Source of the DNA: Peptococcia bacterium
Lineage (GTDB): Bacteria; Bacillota; Peptococcia; DRI-13; DTU073
Direction: 5' to 3'
Assembly (NCBI GenBank): GCA_050951605.1
Contig: JBMNJJ010000002.1
Location: 494,661-558,660, forward strand
DNA: 64,000 bases
A program made the translations under genes and the position numbers. Under the pieces are notes generated by a model. That model had not been told where the DNA came from and did no database searches. It worked only from the letters and a program-made list of their open reading frames with translations. Below, in pieces: positions 37,618 to 46,340 of this stretch. Every line of letters begins with the position of its first letter. Positions within the stretch are counted from its first letter, which is position 1.

Positions 37618-38178
37618 ATGGATCAGAAGAAAATTGAAGAGGCTATGAAAATGTTTTTAGAAGCGATTGGTGAAGATGTAGAGAGAGAAGGTTTGCGGGA
37701 AACACCTTTAAGGGTAGCCAGAATGTGTGAAGAAATTTTTTCCGGAATAGGTAAGGAAGCAGATGAGGAATTGTTTGTTTGTTTTAATGAAGAACATGAA
37801 GAAATGGTTTTAGTAAAAGATATTCCCTTGTATTCATTTTGTGAGCATCACCTGCTACCTTTTTTCGGTAAAGCTCATGTGGCGTATATACCTCGCAAGG
37901 GTAAGCTTACAGGACTTTCAAAATTGGCCAGGGTGGTAGAAATATATGCCCGAAGACCTCAGCTTCAGGAACGTTTAACTTCGCAAATTGCCGATTCGAT
38001 TATGCGGGTTTTGCGTCCTTTAGGGGTTATTGTGGTTATTGAAGCGGAACATTTATGTATGACAATTCGAGGTGTGAATAAGCCGGGATGTAAAACTCTT
38101 ACTTCTGCAGTACGTGGTATTTTTCGTTCTAGTGAAGCAACAAGGGCAGAAGCATTGGCGCTAATACGTGAAAGGTAG
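37618..38178 (+). CDS. folE: GTP cyclohydrolase I
   Basis: [35 protein letters not shown] 37618 follows a GAGGGAG RBS. Confidence 0.9.
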   Translation: MDQKKIEEAMKMFLEAIGEDVEREGLRETPLRVARMCEEIFSGIGKEADEELFVCFNEEHEEMVLVKDIPLYSFCEHHLLPFFGKAHVAYIPRKGKLTGLSKLARVVEIYARRPQLQERLTSQIADSIMRVLRPLGVIVVIEAEHLCMTIRGVNKPGCKTLTSAVRGIFRSSEATRAEALALIRER

Positions 38179-38187
38179 GTAAGTTTT

Positions 38188-38373
38188 ATGTCGAAAGAAG
38201 ATATAGAAAACAAATTGGAGTTACTTGCTACCAAAAGTTTTAGTGATTATGCCGAGATGTATAAAGTTATTGATTTTTTAAATAAATATCTAAAAGATAA
38301 AGGGATGATGCTGGGTTTAGTAAAAAATAAAGATACTAATAAACTGAATATCAATATATATGAATTCTACTAG
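38188..38373 (+). CDS. hypothetical small protein (61 aa)
   Basis: Tightly packed between folE and surE. No family recognised. Confidence 0.4.
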   Translation: MSKEDIENKLELLATKSFSDYAEMYKVIDFLNKYLKDKGMMLGLVKNKDTNKLNINIYEFY

Positions 38374-38389
38374 ATAAATGGAGGGAATT

Positions 38390-39160
38390 ATGCGGATATT
38401 AGTGACTAATGATGATGGAATTCGAGCTCCAGGTGTACAGGCTTTGGCCCAAAAAATGTCTGAACTAGGGGAAGTAGCGCTTATTGCACCTTTAGAAGAA
38501 AAAAGTGCAATTGGACATGGAATCACAATCAGGGATCCAATTTGTGTTCATAAAATGAAAATAGATGGTGTAAGTCAGGCTTGGGGAGTAAATGGAACCC
38601 CTGCCGATTGTGTTAAGTTGGGTTTGACAGAACTCTTTGTTGGGAAATGCGATTTGATTGTTTCCGGAATAAACAATGGACCTAATTTGGGCACAGATGT
38701 TCTTTATTCCGGTACGGTATCAGCGGCGATAGAGGGAGTTATTTTGGGTGTGCCCTCTATGGCGATATCTTTAGCCTCTTGGGACTATGAGGATTATAGT
38801 GTTTCGGCAGATATTGTTTATACTTTAATTGAACATATTTTTAAAAATAAGTTTAAACTTCCTGCCGGAACTTTACTTAATGTTAATATACCACCTGTTA
38901 AAAAAGAAGATATTATAGGTTATAAAGTTACGATGTTAGGGGCAAGGGAGTATGAAAATCGCTTTGAAAAACGTTTTGATCCACGAGGTAATCCTTATTA
39001 TTGGGCAGTAGGGAAATTACTTCCTTTTAAAGAAAAGGATCCAGATTTTGATGTTGTTGCGGTCGAAAAGAATTATGTTTCGCTTACGCCTATACAATTT
39101 GATTTAACAAATTATAAAATTATTCAAGAGATTAAGGAATGGGGTTTGGAAAAGCTTTAA
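38390..39160 (+). CDS. surE: 5'/3'-nucleotidase SurE
   Basis: MRILVTNDDGI, GINNGPNLG, YSGTVSAA. Confidence 0.9.
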   Translation: MRILVTNDDGIRAPGVQALAQKMSELGEVALIAPLEEKSAIGHGITIRDPICVHKMKIDGVSQAWGVNGTPADCVKLGLTELFVGKCDLIVSGINNGPNLGTDVLYSGTVSAAIEGVILGVPSMAISLASWDYEDYSVSADIVYTLIEHIFKNKFKLPAGTLLNVNIPPVKKEDIIGYKVTMLGAREYENRFEKRFDPRGNPYYWAVGKLLPFKEKDPDFDVVAVEKNYVSLTPIQFDLTNYKIIQEIKEWGLEKL

Positions 39161-39171
39161 ATTAGGGAAAC

Positions 39172-40704
39172 TTAAAGGTTTCCTTTTTTTATTTTCTGAA
39201 ATAGATGGGTTAGGATAAGGCGGCTATATTTGTCTCCGGTAAAGAAAAGGATAGCCAAAAAAAGCAAGGCTAAAAGTGGGGTAAATAAAATTAAGTAAAA
39301 GAGGTTTTGTGAAACGAAGTCATAACAATAAATTAAAGAAAGACAGAGGAGCATGCTGGCTAGAAGAAGACGAAGGAAGAAACCGGGTTGTAATTTTAAA
39401 GTAGTTTTTCTTTTGATAATGGTTAGATTTAAAAGAGAAACAGCAAAATAACTGGCAACATAGCTTAAAACGATGCGGGAGGGACCTAAAAAAGGATGGA
39501 CTCCGAAAAAGTAGATGCCGGAAAGTTTGATTATTCCTCCTATTAATGTGGTGAAAATAATTGTTTTGACATATCCCAGACCTTGCAGGATACCGGAAGT
39601 AGTTTGTAGAAGATAAAGAAAGATACTACCTAAGGCGAGTATTTTTAATAATTCGCCCGCTTGAGTTACATTGAAGAGAAGTTTGGTAATTAGTGGACCC
39701 CAGAAAAAAAGGATAAGTCCACAAGGCATACCAGCAATAATAGTTATACCAATGGCTTCCGAGGTACGTTGACCAAGGAGTTGTATTTGTTGTTTGCTTT
39801 GTGCTTCTGAAATAGCAGGAACAAGAGTTGTAGCTAGAGAAAAGGTAAGGGTAGAGGGAATAGCGAGAATAGTAAAAGCGACTCCGGATAATTCTCCATA
39901 AAAGGATGTAGCTTGAGAAAGGGTCAGGCCTGCTTTTTTTAGTTGACGTGGGATGAGGCTAGATTCAATAGCAACAACTACACTAGAGATGATACGAGTT
40001 ATAGTAATGGGAATACCAAAAGAGAAAAGTCGTTTAATGATAGTTAATGAAGGTTTATGAAAAAGTCGTGGCGAAATTTTATTTTTGTAAAGTGTAACTA
40101 GGTAGATTAAGCCACTAAGTTCACTTAAAAATACGGCTATTGAAAGGCCAACTGCTGCCCAAGTTAAACCATAGGGGCGCAGAAAGTAAATAAGTAAAAT
40201 GCCGCTACTAATGCGAATGGTTTGTTCAATTAATTGGCTCAATGCTGTAGGGCGCATATCTTGTAGTCCTTGAAAAAAACCTTTGATTACCGAAGAGATG
40301 CTGACCAGAAGAAGTGTCGGCAAAAGAAAAAGGAACGCCGGTAGGACTCTAGGATCTGTATATAAAAACCTAGTCAGTATGGGAGCGATAATAATAAAGA
40401 AAAATGTTATAATGGTAGCAAAGATAAAAAGCAAGGTAATTGCTGTGCCAAAAATTTTTTCGGCGTAGTTATAGTTTTTAGTAGCTATTTCTTCGGCAAC
40501 AAATTTTGATACAGCTAAGGGAAGCCCTGCTGTCGTTAACACAAGAGCAGTAATATAAAGGGGAAAAACCATATTAAAAACACCTATGCCTTCAGGGCTG
40601 ATTAAACGGATGATTATTATTTGATAGAGGAAACCCATAGATTTAACTAGGATACTGGCAAGAAGTAGGATAAAGGCACCTTTTAAAAAAGATTGTTTAA
40701 CCAT
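39172..40704 (-). CDS. MOP-superfamily flippase (SpoVB / MurJ-like polysaccharide biosynthesis protein)
   Basis: 510 aa with about 14 hydrophobic spans. N-terminus FLKGAFILLLASILVKSMGFLYQI is typical of SpoVB/MurJ-like proteins. Confidence 0.75.
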   Translation of the reverse strand: MVKQSFLKGAFILLLASILVKSMGFLYQIIIIRLISPEGIGVFNMVFPLYITALVLTTAGLPLAVSKFVAEEIATKNYNYAEKIFGTAITLLFIFATIITFFFIIIAPILTRFLYTDPRVLPAFLFLLPTLLLVSISSVIKGFFQGLQDMRPTALSQLIEQTIRISSGILLIYFLRPYGLTWAAVGLSIAVFLSELSGLIYLVTLYKNKISPRLFHKPSLTIIKRLFSFGIPITITRIISSVVVAIESSLIPRQLKKAGLTLSQATSFYGELSGVAFTILAIPSTLTFSLATTLVPAISEAQSKQQIQLLGQRTSEAIGITIIAGMPCGLILFFWGPLITKLLFNVTQAGELLKILALGSIFLYLLQTTSGILQGLGYVKTIIFTTLIGGIIKLSGIYFFGVHPFLGPSRIVLSYVASYFAVSLLNLTIIKRKTTLKLQPGFFLRLLLASMLLCLSLIYCYDFVSQNLFYLILFTPLLALLFLAILFFTGDKYSRLILTHLFQKIKKGNL

Positions 40705-40874
40705 TTTTTTCTCCCACTATGCTGATGATTATGTTTAGAAATAATTATGTGGAAAAGGTAAAAAATATCATTATATTTTTTAGAAGAGAGAAAAAGAAGG
40801 ATTTTTTTAATTTATGATTAATATATTTAAGGTATTAGTTAAGTTTTAAATATCTTCCAAAGGAGGGGCTTGTA

Positions 40875-42917
40875 TTGCAGGTATACACTAGTGAAAAACT
40901 CAAAAATGTTGGCATTTTAGCTCATGGAGGTGCAGGTAAGACTTCACTTACAGAGGCACTACTCTTTAATGCCGGACATACTACACGTTTAGGAAAAGTT
41001 GATGAGGGAACTACAGTTACAGATTATTTACCGGAAGAAATAAAGAAAAAAGTTACGGTTAGTACTACATTGGCCCCTGTCGAATGGAAAGAACATAAAG
41101 TAAATATTTTAGATACACCTGGTTATGCGGACTTTATTGGTGAAGTTAGAAGTGCCTTGAGGGTTATTGATAGTATTATTCTTGTTGTGGATGGGGTGGC
41201 AGGCGTTGAAGTGCAAACTGAAGTGCATTGGGAAGCAGCAGAAGAGGCCAAGATACCTAGAATTATTTTTGTAAATAAATTAGATCGGGAAAATGCTAAC
41301 TATTTTCGTGTATTAGATAATCTTAAAGAAAATTTTGGTATACATGTTATTCCGGTAATGCTACCGATAGGGGCTGAAGAGGATTTTTCCGGTGTAGTGG
41401 ATATTCTTAAACAAAAAGCTTATAATTTTGAAGGCACTAAGGTTAAAGAGGTTCCGATTCCTGAGGATTTAAAATCAGAAATGGAAAAGTATCGGGAATC
41501 TTTAATAGAAGCCGCAGCGGAAGGTGATGACGAACTTTTGCTTAAATATTTAGAAGGAGAAACCTTGAGTGATGAAGAAATTTTTACGGGTTTACGTCAA
41601 GGTGTTTTGCAGGCAAAAGTTGTTCCCGTATTTTGCGGTTCAGCCTTAAAAAACATTGGTATTCAGCCGCTTTTGGATGCGGTTATAGAGTTATTACCTT
41701 CACCGGTTGATATGGATATGACCAAAAATGAAGGAAAAGACATTAAGCAAGAGTCTCTTGCTGCCATTGTTTTTAAAACTATGGCTGACCCTTATGTTGG
41801 TAAACTAAGTTTTGTACGTGTAATCAGTGGAGTTTTATCAAGTGACACTAGTATTTATAATGTGAATAAACAAAAAGAAGAAAGGTATGGATCACTTTTA
41901 GTGCCCCGTGGTAAGACTCAAGATACTGTTAGTGAGGCACAACAAGGTGATATTGTTTGTATAGCTAAATTAACGGATACGGTTACAGGTGACACTTTGG
42001 GTATAAAAGATAAAACTATTTCTTTGGCGGGGGTTGATTTTCCCACACCTACTTTTTCTGTGGCTGTACAAGCTAAATCGCGGAATGATGAAGATAAAGT
42101 AGGAGTTGCTTTAGCTAGGTTAGTTGAGGAAGATCCTACTTTGTGTTTAGAGAAAAATACAGAAACAAAAGAAACTATTCTTACTGGTATGGGTGAAACA
42201 CAAATAGATATTATTATGGAAAGATTGCAGAAGAAATTTGGGGTAGAAGCGATTACTCGCACGCCTCGTGTGCCTTATCGGGAAACGATTAGAGGTACGG
42301 CTGAATATGAATATAAACATAAAAAGCAATCAGGTGGACATGGGCAATATGGTCATGTAAAGCTTCGTTTCGAACCTTTGCCTGATGCTGAATTTGAATT
42401 TACGGAAACTATTTTCGGGGGAGCAGTTCCTAAGAATTATCATCCTGCTGTAGAAAAGGGTGTACGCGAAGCGATGGCGGAAGGCGTTTTAGCAGGTTAT
42501 CCGATAACCAATATTAAAGTTACGCTTTTTGATGGTTCATATCATGAAGTTGACTCTTCGGAAATGTCTTTTAAAATTGCGGCGAGTATGTGTTTTAAGA
42601 AGGGTGTGGAGAAAGCTAATCCTGTTTTACTGGAACCGATAATGAATGTTGAAATTCATGTACCGGAACAGTTTATGGGCGACATTATGAGTGATTTAAA
42701 TAGTAAAAGAGGTCGTATTTTAGGTATGGAGCCCCATGGGAAAGGGCAGGTAATTAAGGCACAGGTACCACTTGTAGAAATGTATAGATACGCAATTGAT
42801 TTAAAATCTATTACGCAAGGGCGGGGTAGTTTTAGTATGGAATTTGCTCAATATGAAGATGTTCCTGCACACATTGCTCAAGAGGTTATTGAGAAGGCGG
42901 AACAGGAAAAAGAATAA
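40875..42917 (+). CDS. elongation factor G paralogue (EF-G2-like)
   Basis: G1 AHGGAGKTSLTEALLF, DTPGYADF, NKLD, and domains II-V colinear with EF-G. TTG start after AAAGGAGGGG. Confidence 0.85.
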   Translation: MQVYTSEKLKNVGILAHGGAGKTSLTEALLFNAGHTTRLGKVDEGTTVTDYLPEEIKKKVTVSTTLAPVEWKEHKVNILDTPGYADFIGEVRSALRVIDSIILVVDGVAGVEVQTEVHWEAAEEAKIPRIIFVNKLDRENANYFRVLDNLKENFGIHVIPVMLPIGAEEDFSGVVDILKQKAYNFEGTKVKEVPIPEDLKSEMEKYRESLIEAAAEGDDELLLKYLEGETLSDEEIFTGLRQGVLQAKVVPVFCGSALKNIGIQPLLDAVIELLPSPVDMDMTKNEGKDIKQESLAAIVFKTMADPYVGKLSFVRVISGVLSSDTSIYNVNKQKEERYGSLLVPRGKTQDTVSEAQQGDIVCIAKLTDTVTGDTLGIKDKTISLAGVDFPTPTFSVAVQAKSRNDEDKVGVALARLVEEDPTLCLEKNTETKETILTGMGETQIDIIMERLQKKFGVEAITRTPRVPYRETIRGTAEYEYKHKKQSGGHGQYGHVKLRFEPLPDAEFEFTETIFGGAVPKNYHPAVEKGVREAMAEGVLAGYPITNIKVTLFDGSYHEVDSSEMSFKIAASMCFKKGVEKANPVLLEPIMNVEIHVPEQFMGDIMSDLNSKRGRILGMEPHGKGQVIKAQVPLVEMYRYAIDLKSITQGRGSFSMEFAQYEDVPAHIAQEVIEKAEQEKE

Positions 42918-42961
42918 GAGAAATAAAGCAAAAAAAGAAGGTACAAGTAAAAGGGGAAAAG

Positions 42962-42990
42962 AAAAAGGGAGTGATATCACTCCCTTTTTT
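42962..42990. terminator. palindromic hairpin terminator after the EF-G paralogue
   Basis: A-run, then gggagtgatatcactccc, then T6. Confidence 0.7.
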
Positions 42991-43037
42991 ATGGGGAAAC
43001 AGGAGAATTGTCTCCGCCTTTTTGGTTTTCATATAAG

Positions 43038-43061
43038 TAAAAACCCACCAAATATGGTGGG
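43038..43061 (-). terminator. terminator for the minus-strand tRNA-Trp
   Basis: cccacca / tggtggg stem, followed by T5 on the - strand. Confidence 0.6.
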
Positions 43062-43077
43062 AAATGATTTAATAATT

Positions 43078-43153
43078 TGGCAGGGGCAGAAGGACTTGAA
43101 CCCTCAACCAACGGATTTGGAGTCCGCTACTCTACCAATTGAGCTATACCCCT
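43078..43153 (-). tRNA. tRNA-Trp (anticodon CCA)
   Basis: The reverse complement folds as acceptor aggggta/tgcccct, anticodon arm gcgga-ctCCAaa-tccgt, encoded CCA. Confidence 0.9.
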
Positions 43154-43230
43154 GTATCTTACGTTATTTATTATAGGAGAAAAGGAGCATTCTGTCAATA
43201 ATTTTCTCAGGGAAAGGAGTAAAAGTAGGT

Positions 43231-43557
43231 ATGATTTTATTACTACTTAGTATAATAGCGTTTATGATTACAACACGTTTATGGAAATGGTATGATTCTA
43301 TTTTAAATGCCTTTTCTCTTAAAATTAGAATTTTGGATATTTTTACCTGGGGGCTTATTTTATGGTTTATTTTAATTCAGTATAGGAAGTTTTTTTCAAA
43401 TCCACAGATTTACTTCACACCCGGAGGGATAAAGAATTTCTGGGTATATATATCGCAATATTGTAATATTTATACTTGGTGTAGTTTAACAGTTATTGGC
43501 TTCATGGTGGTAGGGCTTTTGCGTTTGTTTATAAAGTCGGAGTTATTTAATAAGTGA
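43231..43557 (+). CDS. hypothetical membrane protein (108 aa)
   Basis: Three hydrophobic spans. GGAG-type RBS (ggaaaggagtaaaagtaggtATG). Confidence 0.45.
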   Translation: MILLLLSIIAFMITTRLWKWYDSILNAFSLKIRILDIFTWGLILWFILIQYRKFFSNPQIYFTPGGIKNFWVYISQYCNIYTWCSLTVIGFMVVGLLRLFIKSELFNK

Positions 43558-43640
43558 GCCTCCTAACCATAAAATACCATGTATAGTGGTTATTTATGGG
43601 GTACAAGCTAGTTTTGAAGACAATTTAAGGAGGGTTATTT

Positions 43641-44252
43641 ATGGTTCATAATCAAATTCAACAAGTCCAACAGAGAATTAGTAATGTAAATCAGATGGTT
43701 AGTCAATTACGTCAGTCTGAAGAAAGTACACGTCAAAAATTAATGCAATTAGCACAAGATGAGTCTTATGTCGCTCAGCAGCTGCAAAGGGTTCATCAAA
43801 TGTGTCAGGAGAGTATAAGTGGCTTGCAAAATATATCTAGTTCTCTGCGGCAGCAAACTTATACTCCCGGTTATGCTCAAACACCTATGTATGGACAAGG
43901 TATTTCCGCCGGGTCTGCTATGCAGGGTACACAACAATCTCAGCAGGGTTCTGGTACACTTTTTAATTTAGCGACAATGAGCCCTGATACTTATCAAAAT
44001 TCGACACAATTTATGAGCGGACAAGGTTATTCCGGTTCAAGCATGATCGGACAAACGGGAATGCAAGGTAGCCCTAGGGGGATGTCTGGTCAAACCTCAG
44101 GTGTTGGACAAACTACGGGAACACAATCTTCCCTTTCTAGCATTTCAACTATGGGACCTGATACGTATCAGGCTTCAAGAGAGCAATTGGGGAAAGGATC
44201 TTCTAGCCTTAGTGAAATAGGGCAACAAGCGGGAATTAGTTCAAAACAATAA
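43641..44252 (+). CDS. Gln/Ser/Gly-rich low-complexity protein with coiled-coil-like N-terminus
   Basis: AAGGAGGG RBS. N-terminal Q-rich heptad-like region, then an S/G/Q/M-rich region with a duplicated M(S/G)PDTYQ(N/A)S motif. Confidence 0.5.
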   Translation: MVHNQIQQVQQRISNVNQMVSQLRQSEESTRQKLMQLAQDESYVAQQLQRVHQMCQESISGLQNISSSLRQQTYTPGYAQTPMYGQGISAGSAMQGTQQSQQGSGTLFNLATMSPDTYQNSTQFMSGQGYSGSSMIGQTGMQGSPRGMSGQTSGVGQTTGTQSSLSSISTMGPDTYQASREQLGKGSSSLSEIGQQAGISSKQ

Positions 44253-44297
44253 GTTTAATCTTTTTTTCAGTAAATTTAATTATTAATAGGATTAAAG

Positions 44298-44327
44298 GAG
44301 TGGTTGATTAAACAACTACTCTTTTTT
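44298..44327 (+). terminator. rho-independent terminator
   Basis: gagtggttg / caactactc stem (one G:U pair) followed by T6. Confidence 0.55.
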
Positions 44328-44413
44328 ATTTTACAAATAAGTTAAAAAAGGGGAAGGGAATTTGACGCATTTTTATTTTCCAATTATAATGTGTGCATAA
44401 AGAGGTGATGTTG

Positions 44414-45112
44414 ATGTTAAAATTAATTTATCACGGGCATGCTTGTTTTAGTTTAATCGATGGCACGGAGAACCTTCTTATTGATCCTTTTTTAAAAGGT
44501 AATCCTTTAGCTGATGTTAGACCGGAAGAGGTAAATCCAACGTATATTCTGGTTACTCACGGACATGATGACCATTTAGGAGATGCCTTGGAGATTGCTC
44601 AGAGAACAGGTGCAGTGATTATAGCTCCTAACGAATTGGCTCATTATTGTGCCGGTCATGATGTTAAAATAGCACCAATGCATCTTGGTGGGGCGAGAGA
44701 ATTTCCTTTTGGCAAAATAAAATTAACACCTGCTTGGCATAGTTCAGCGGTTATTACTGAAGATAAAATTATTTATACAGGTGCTCCTTGTGGTTTTTTA
44801 ATTCAGATGCAGGGTAAGACTATTTATCATGCTGGAGATACGGGGCTTTTTGGTGATATGAAACTCATCGGAGCGAGGTATCAATTAGATTATGCTCTAT
44901 TGCCTATAGGTGATAATTTTGTCATGGGTCCGGATGATGCTTTAGAGGCGGCGGTAATGTTACAGGCTCAAGTGACTGTTCCCATGCATTATGATACTTT
45001 TCCTCTTATTAAGCAGGACCCATATTTATATGTTAATAGATTACAGGAAAAAGGTTTAAAAGGTTTAGTATTAAAATCAGGTGAAACAAGTGAACTTTTG
45101 GGAAAGGGATAG
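44414..45112 (+). CDS. metal-dependent hydrolase, MBL fold (UPF0173 family)
   Basis: LKLIYHGHACF and VTHGHDDHLGD motifs. About 230 aa. Confidence 0.8.
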   Translation: MLKLIYHGHACFSLIDGTENLLIDPFLKGNPLADVRPEEVNPTYILVTHGHDDHLGDALEIAQRTGAVIIAPNELAHYCAGHDVKIAPMHLGGAREFPFGKIKLTPAWHSSAVITEDKIIYTGAPCGFLIQMQGKTIYHAGDTGLFGDMKLIGARYQLDYALLPIGDNFVMGPDDALEAAVMLQAQVTVPMHYDTFPLIKQDPYLYVNRLQEKGLKGLVLKSGETSELLGKG

Positions 45113-45223
45113 TAGTTGCTATCTCTTTTTTGCTAAACGGATTTGGCATTATTTGGTTATAAAGCAGGAATTTATATATTATTCGCGAAAGAAGGTTGAA
45201 GGAGAAAAAAGGAGGTATTTGTT

Positions 45224-46312
45224 TTGTATAGTGATTTAAAATATATTTTAGCTTTTCATAAAATTTTTAAAATGACCTTAAACAAATATTTTATGCAACT
45301 ATATGAAAGATACGGTTCTTTTAAAGAAGCCTGGTGCTGTCTTGACTTTTCTCCGCAAACAGGAATACCGGAAAAATATCGTGAACAATTTTTGCAAATG
45401 AAAAAAACAATTGTACCCCAAGAGTTAGAGGAGAAATATTATCGAAGTGGAGTTAATGTTTTAACAAGATTAGATAGGAATTATCCAAAATCTTTGTTGC
45501 AAATTTCAGATGTTCCTTGTATTCTTTATTATTGTGGTCAGCTTTCTTTATTAAAGAAAAAATCCTTGGCTATTGTTGGTTCACGGAGAGCTACAACATA
45601 TGGTTTGAAGCAAGCACGCTTGATGGCCGGAGAATTAAGCCAAAACGGTTTGGTTATAATTAGTGGCATGGCTCGGGGGATAGATGCAGCAGCTCACCAA
45701 GGAGCTTTAGAAAAAAAGGGTGGAACAATTGCTGTTTTAGGTTCTGGGTTTGATCAACCATATCCCCGTGAAAATATAAAACTTTTTAAGGAAATATCTG
45801 AAAAAGGTTTGGTTATTAGTGAGTATCCTTTAGGCACAAAACCAGCCGGTTATAATTTTCCGTTTAGGAATAGAATTATCAGTGGTTTAAGTCAGGGGGT
45901 TTTTGTTGTAGAAGCAAGGGCACGAAGTGGCTCTTTAATTACTTGCGATTTAGCTCTAGAGCAAGGGAAAGAAGTTTTTGCTTTACCGGGTCCTGTAACA
46001 AGTCCAAATAGTATTGGTCCTTTACGGTTGATTCAGTGTGGAGCTAAACTGGTTATTTATCCTCAGGATATTTTGGAAGAGTTAGGATATGAATATAAAA
46101 CATCTGTATATAATAAACAAAAAGAAATAATTAAAGAGATAGGAGAAAAGGAAAAAACTATTTTTGATTTAATTTCTTGGGAACCGGTAAACATAGAGTT
46201 TATTCTCGAAAAACATATTCAAAATAGAGAAGAAGTGTTGAGGATTTTGCTTGAATTAGAATTAAATGGTTTAATTCGGCAACTTCCCGGAAAATATTAT
46301 GTAAGGGTATAA
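45224..46312 (+). CDS. dprA: DNA-processing protein DprA (Smf)
   Basis: GSRRATTYG, GMARGIDAAAHQGAL, FPFRNRIISGLS. Sits immediately upstream of topA, as in many Firmicutes. Confidence 0.85.
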   Translation: MYSDLKYILAFHKIFKMTLNKYFMQLYERYGSFKEAWCCLDFSPQTGIPEKYREQFLQMKKTIVPQELEEKYYRSGVNVLTRLDRNYPKSLLQISDVPCILYYCGQLSLLKKKSLAIVGSRRATTYGLKQARLMAGELSQNGLVIISGMARGIDAAAHQGALEKKGGTIAVLGSGFDQPYPRENIKLFKEISEKGLVISEYPLGTKPAGYNFPFRNRIISGLSQGVFVVEARARSGSLITCDLALEQGKEVFALPGPVTSPNSIGPLRLIQCGAKLVIYPQDILEELGYEYKTSVYNKQKEIIKEIGEKEKTIFDLISWEPVNIEFILEKHIQNREEVLRILLELELNGLIRQLPGKYYVRV

Positions 46313-46340
46313 GAACAATAAGTTTTTGAGGTGATGTTAA

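Noticed and set aside
42844-43176. Track ORF (+) of 110 aa after the EF-G paralogue.
   Set aside because: It runs through two terminator hairpins and the antisense of tRNA-Trp. It has a lysine-run translation and no RBS.
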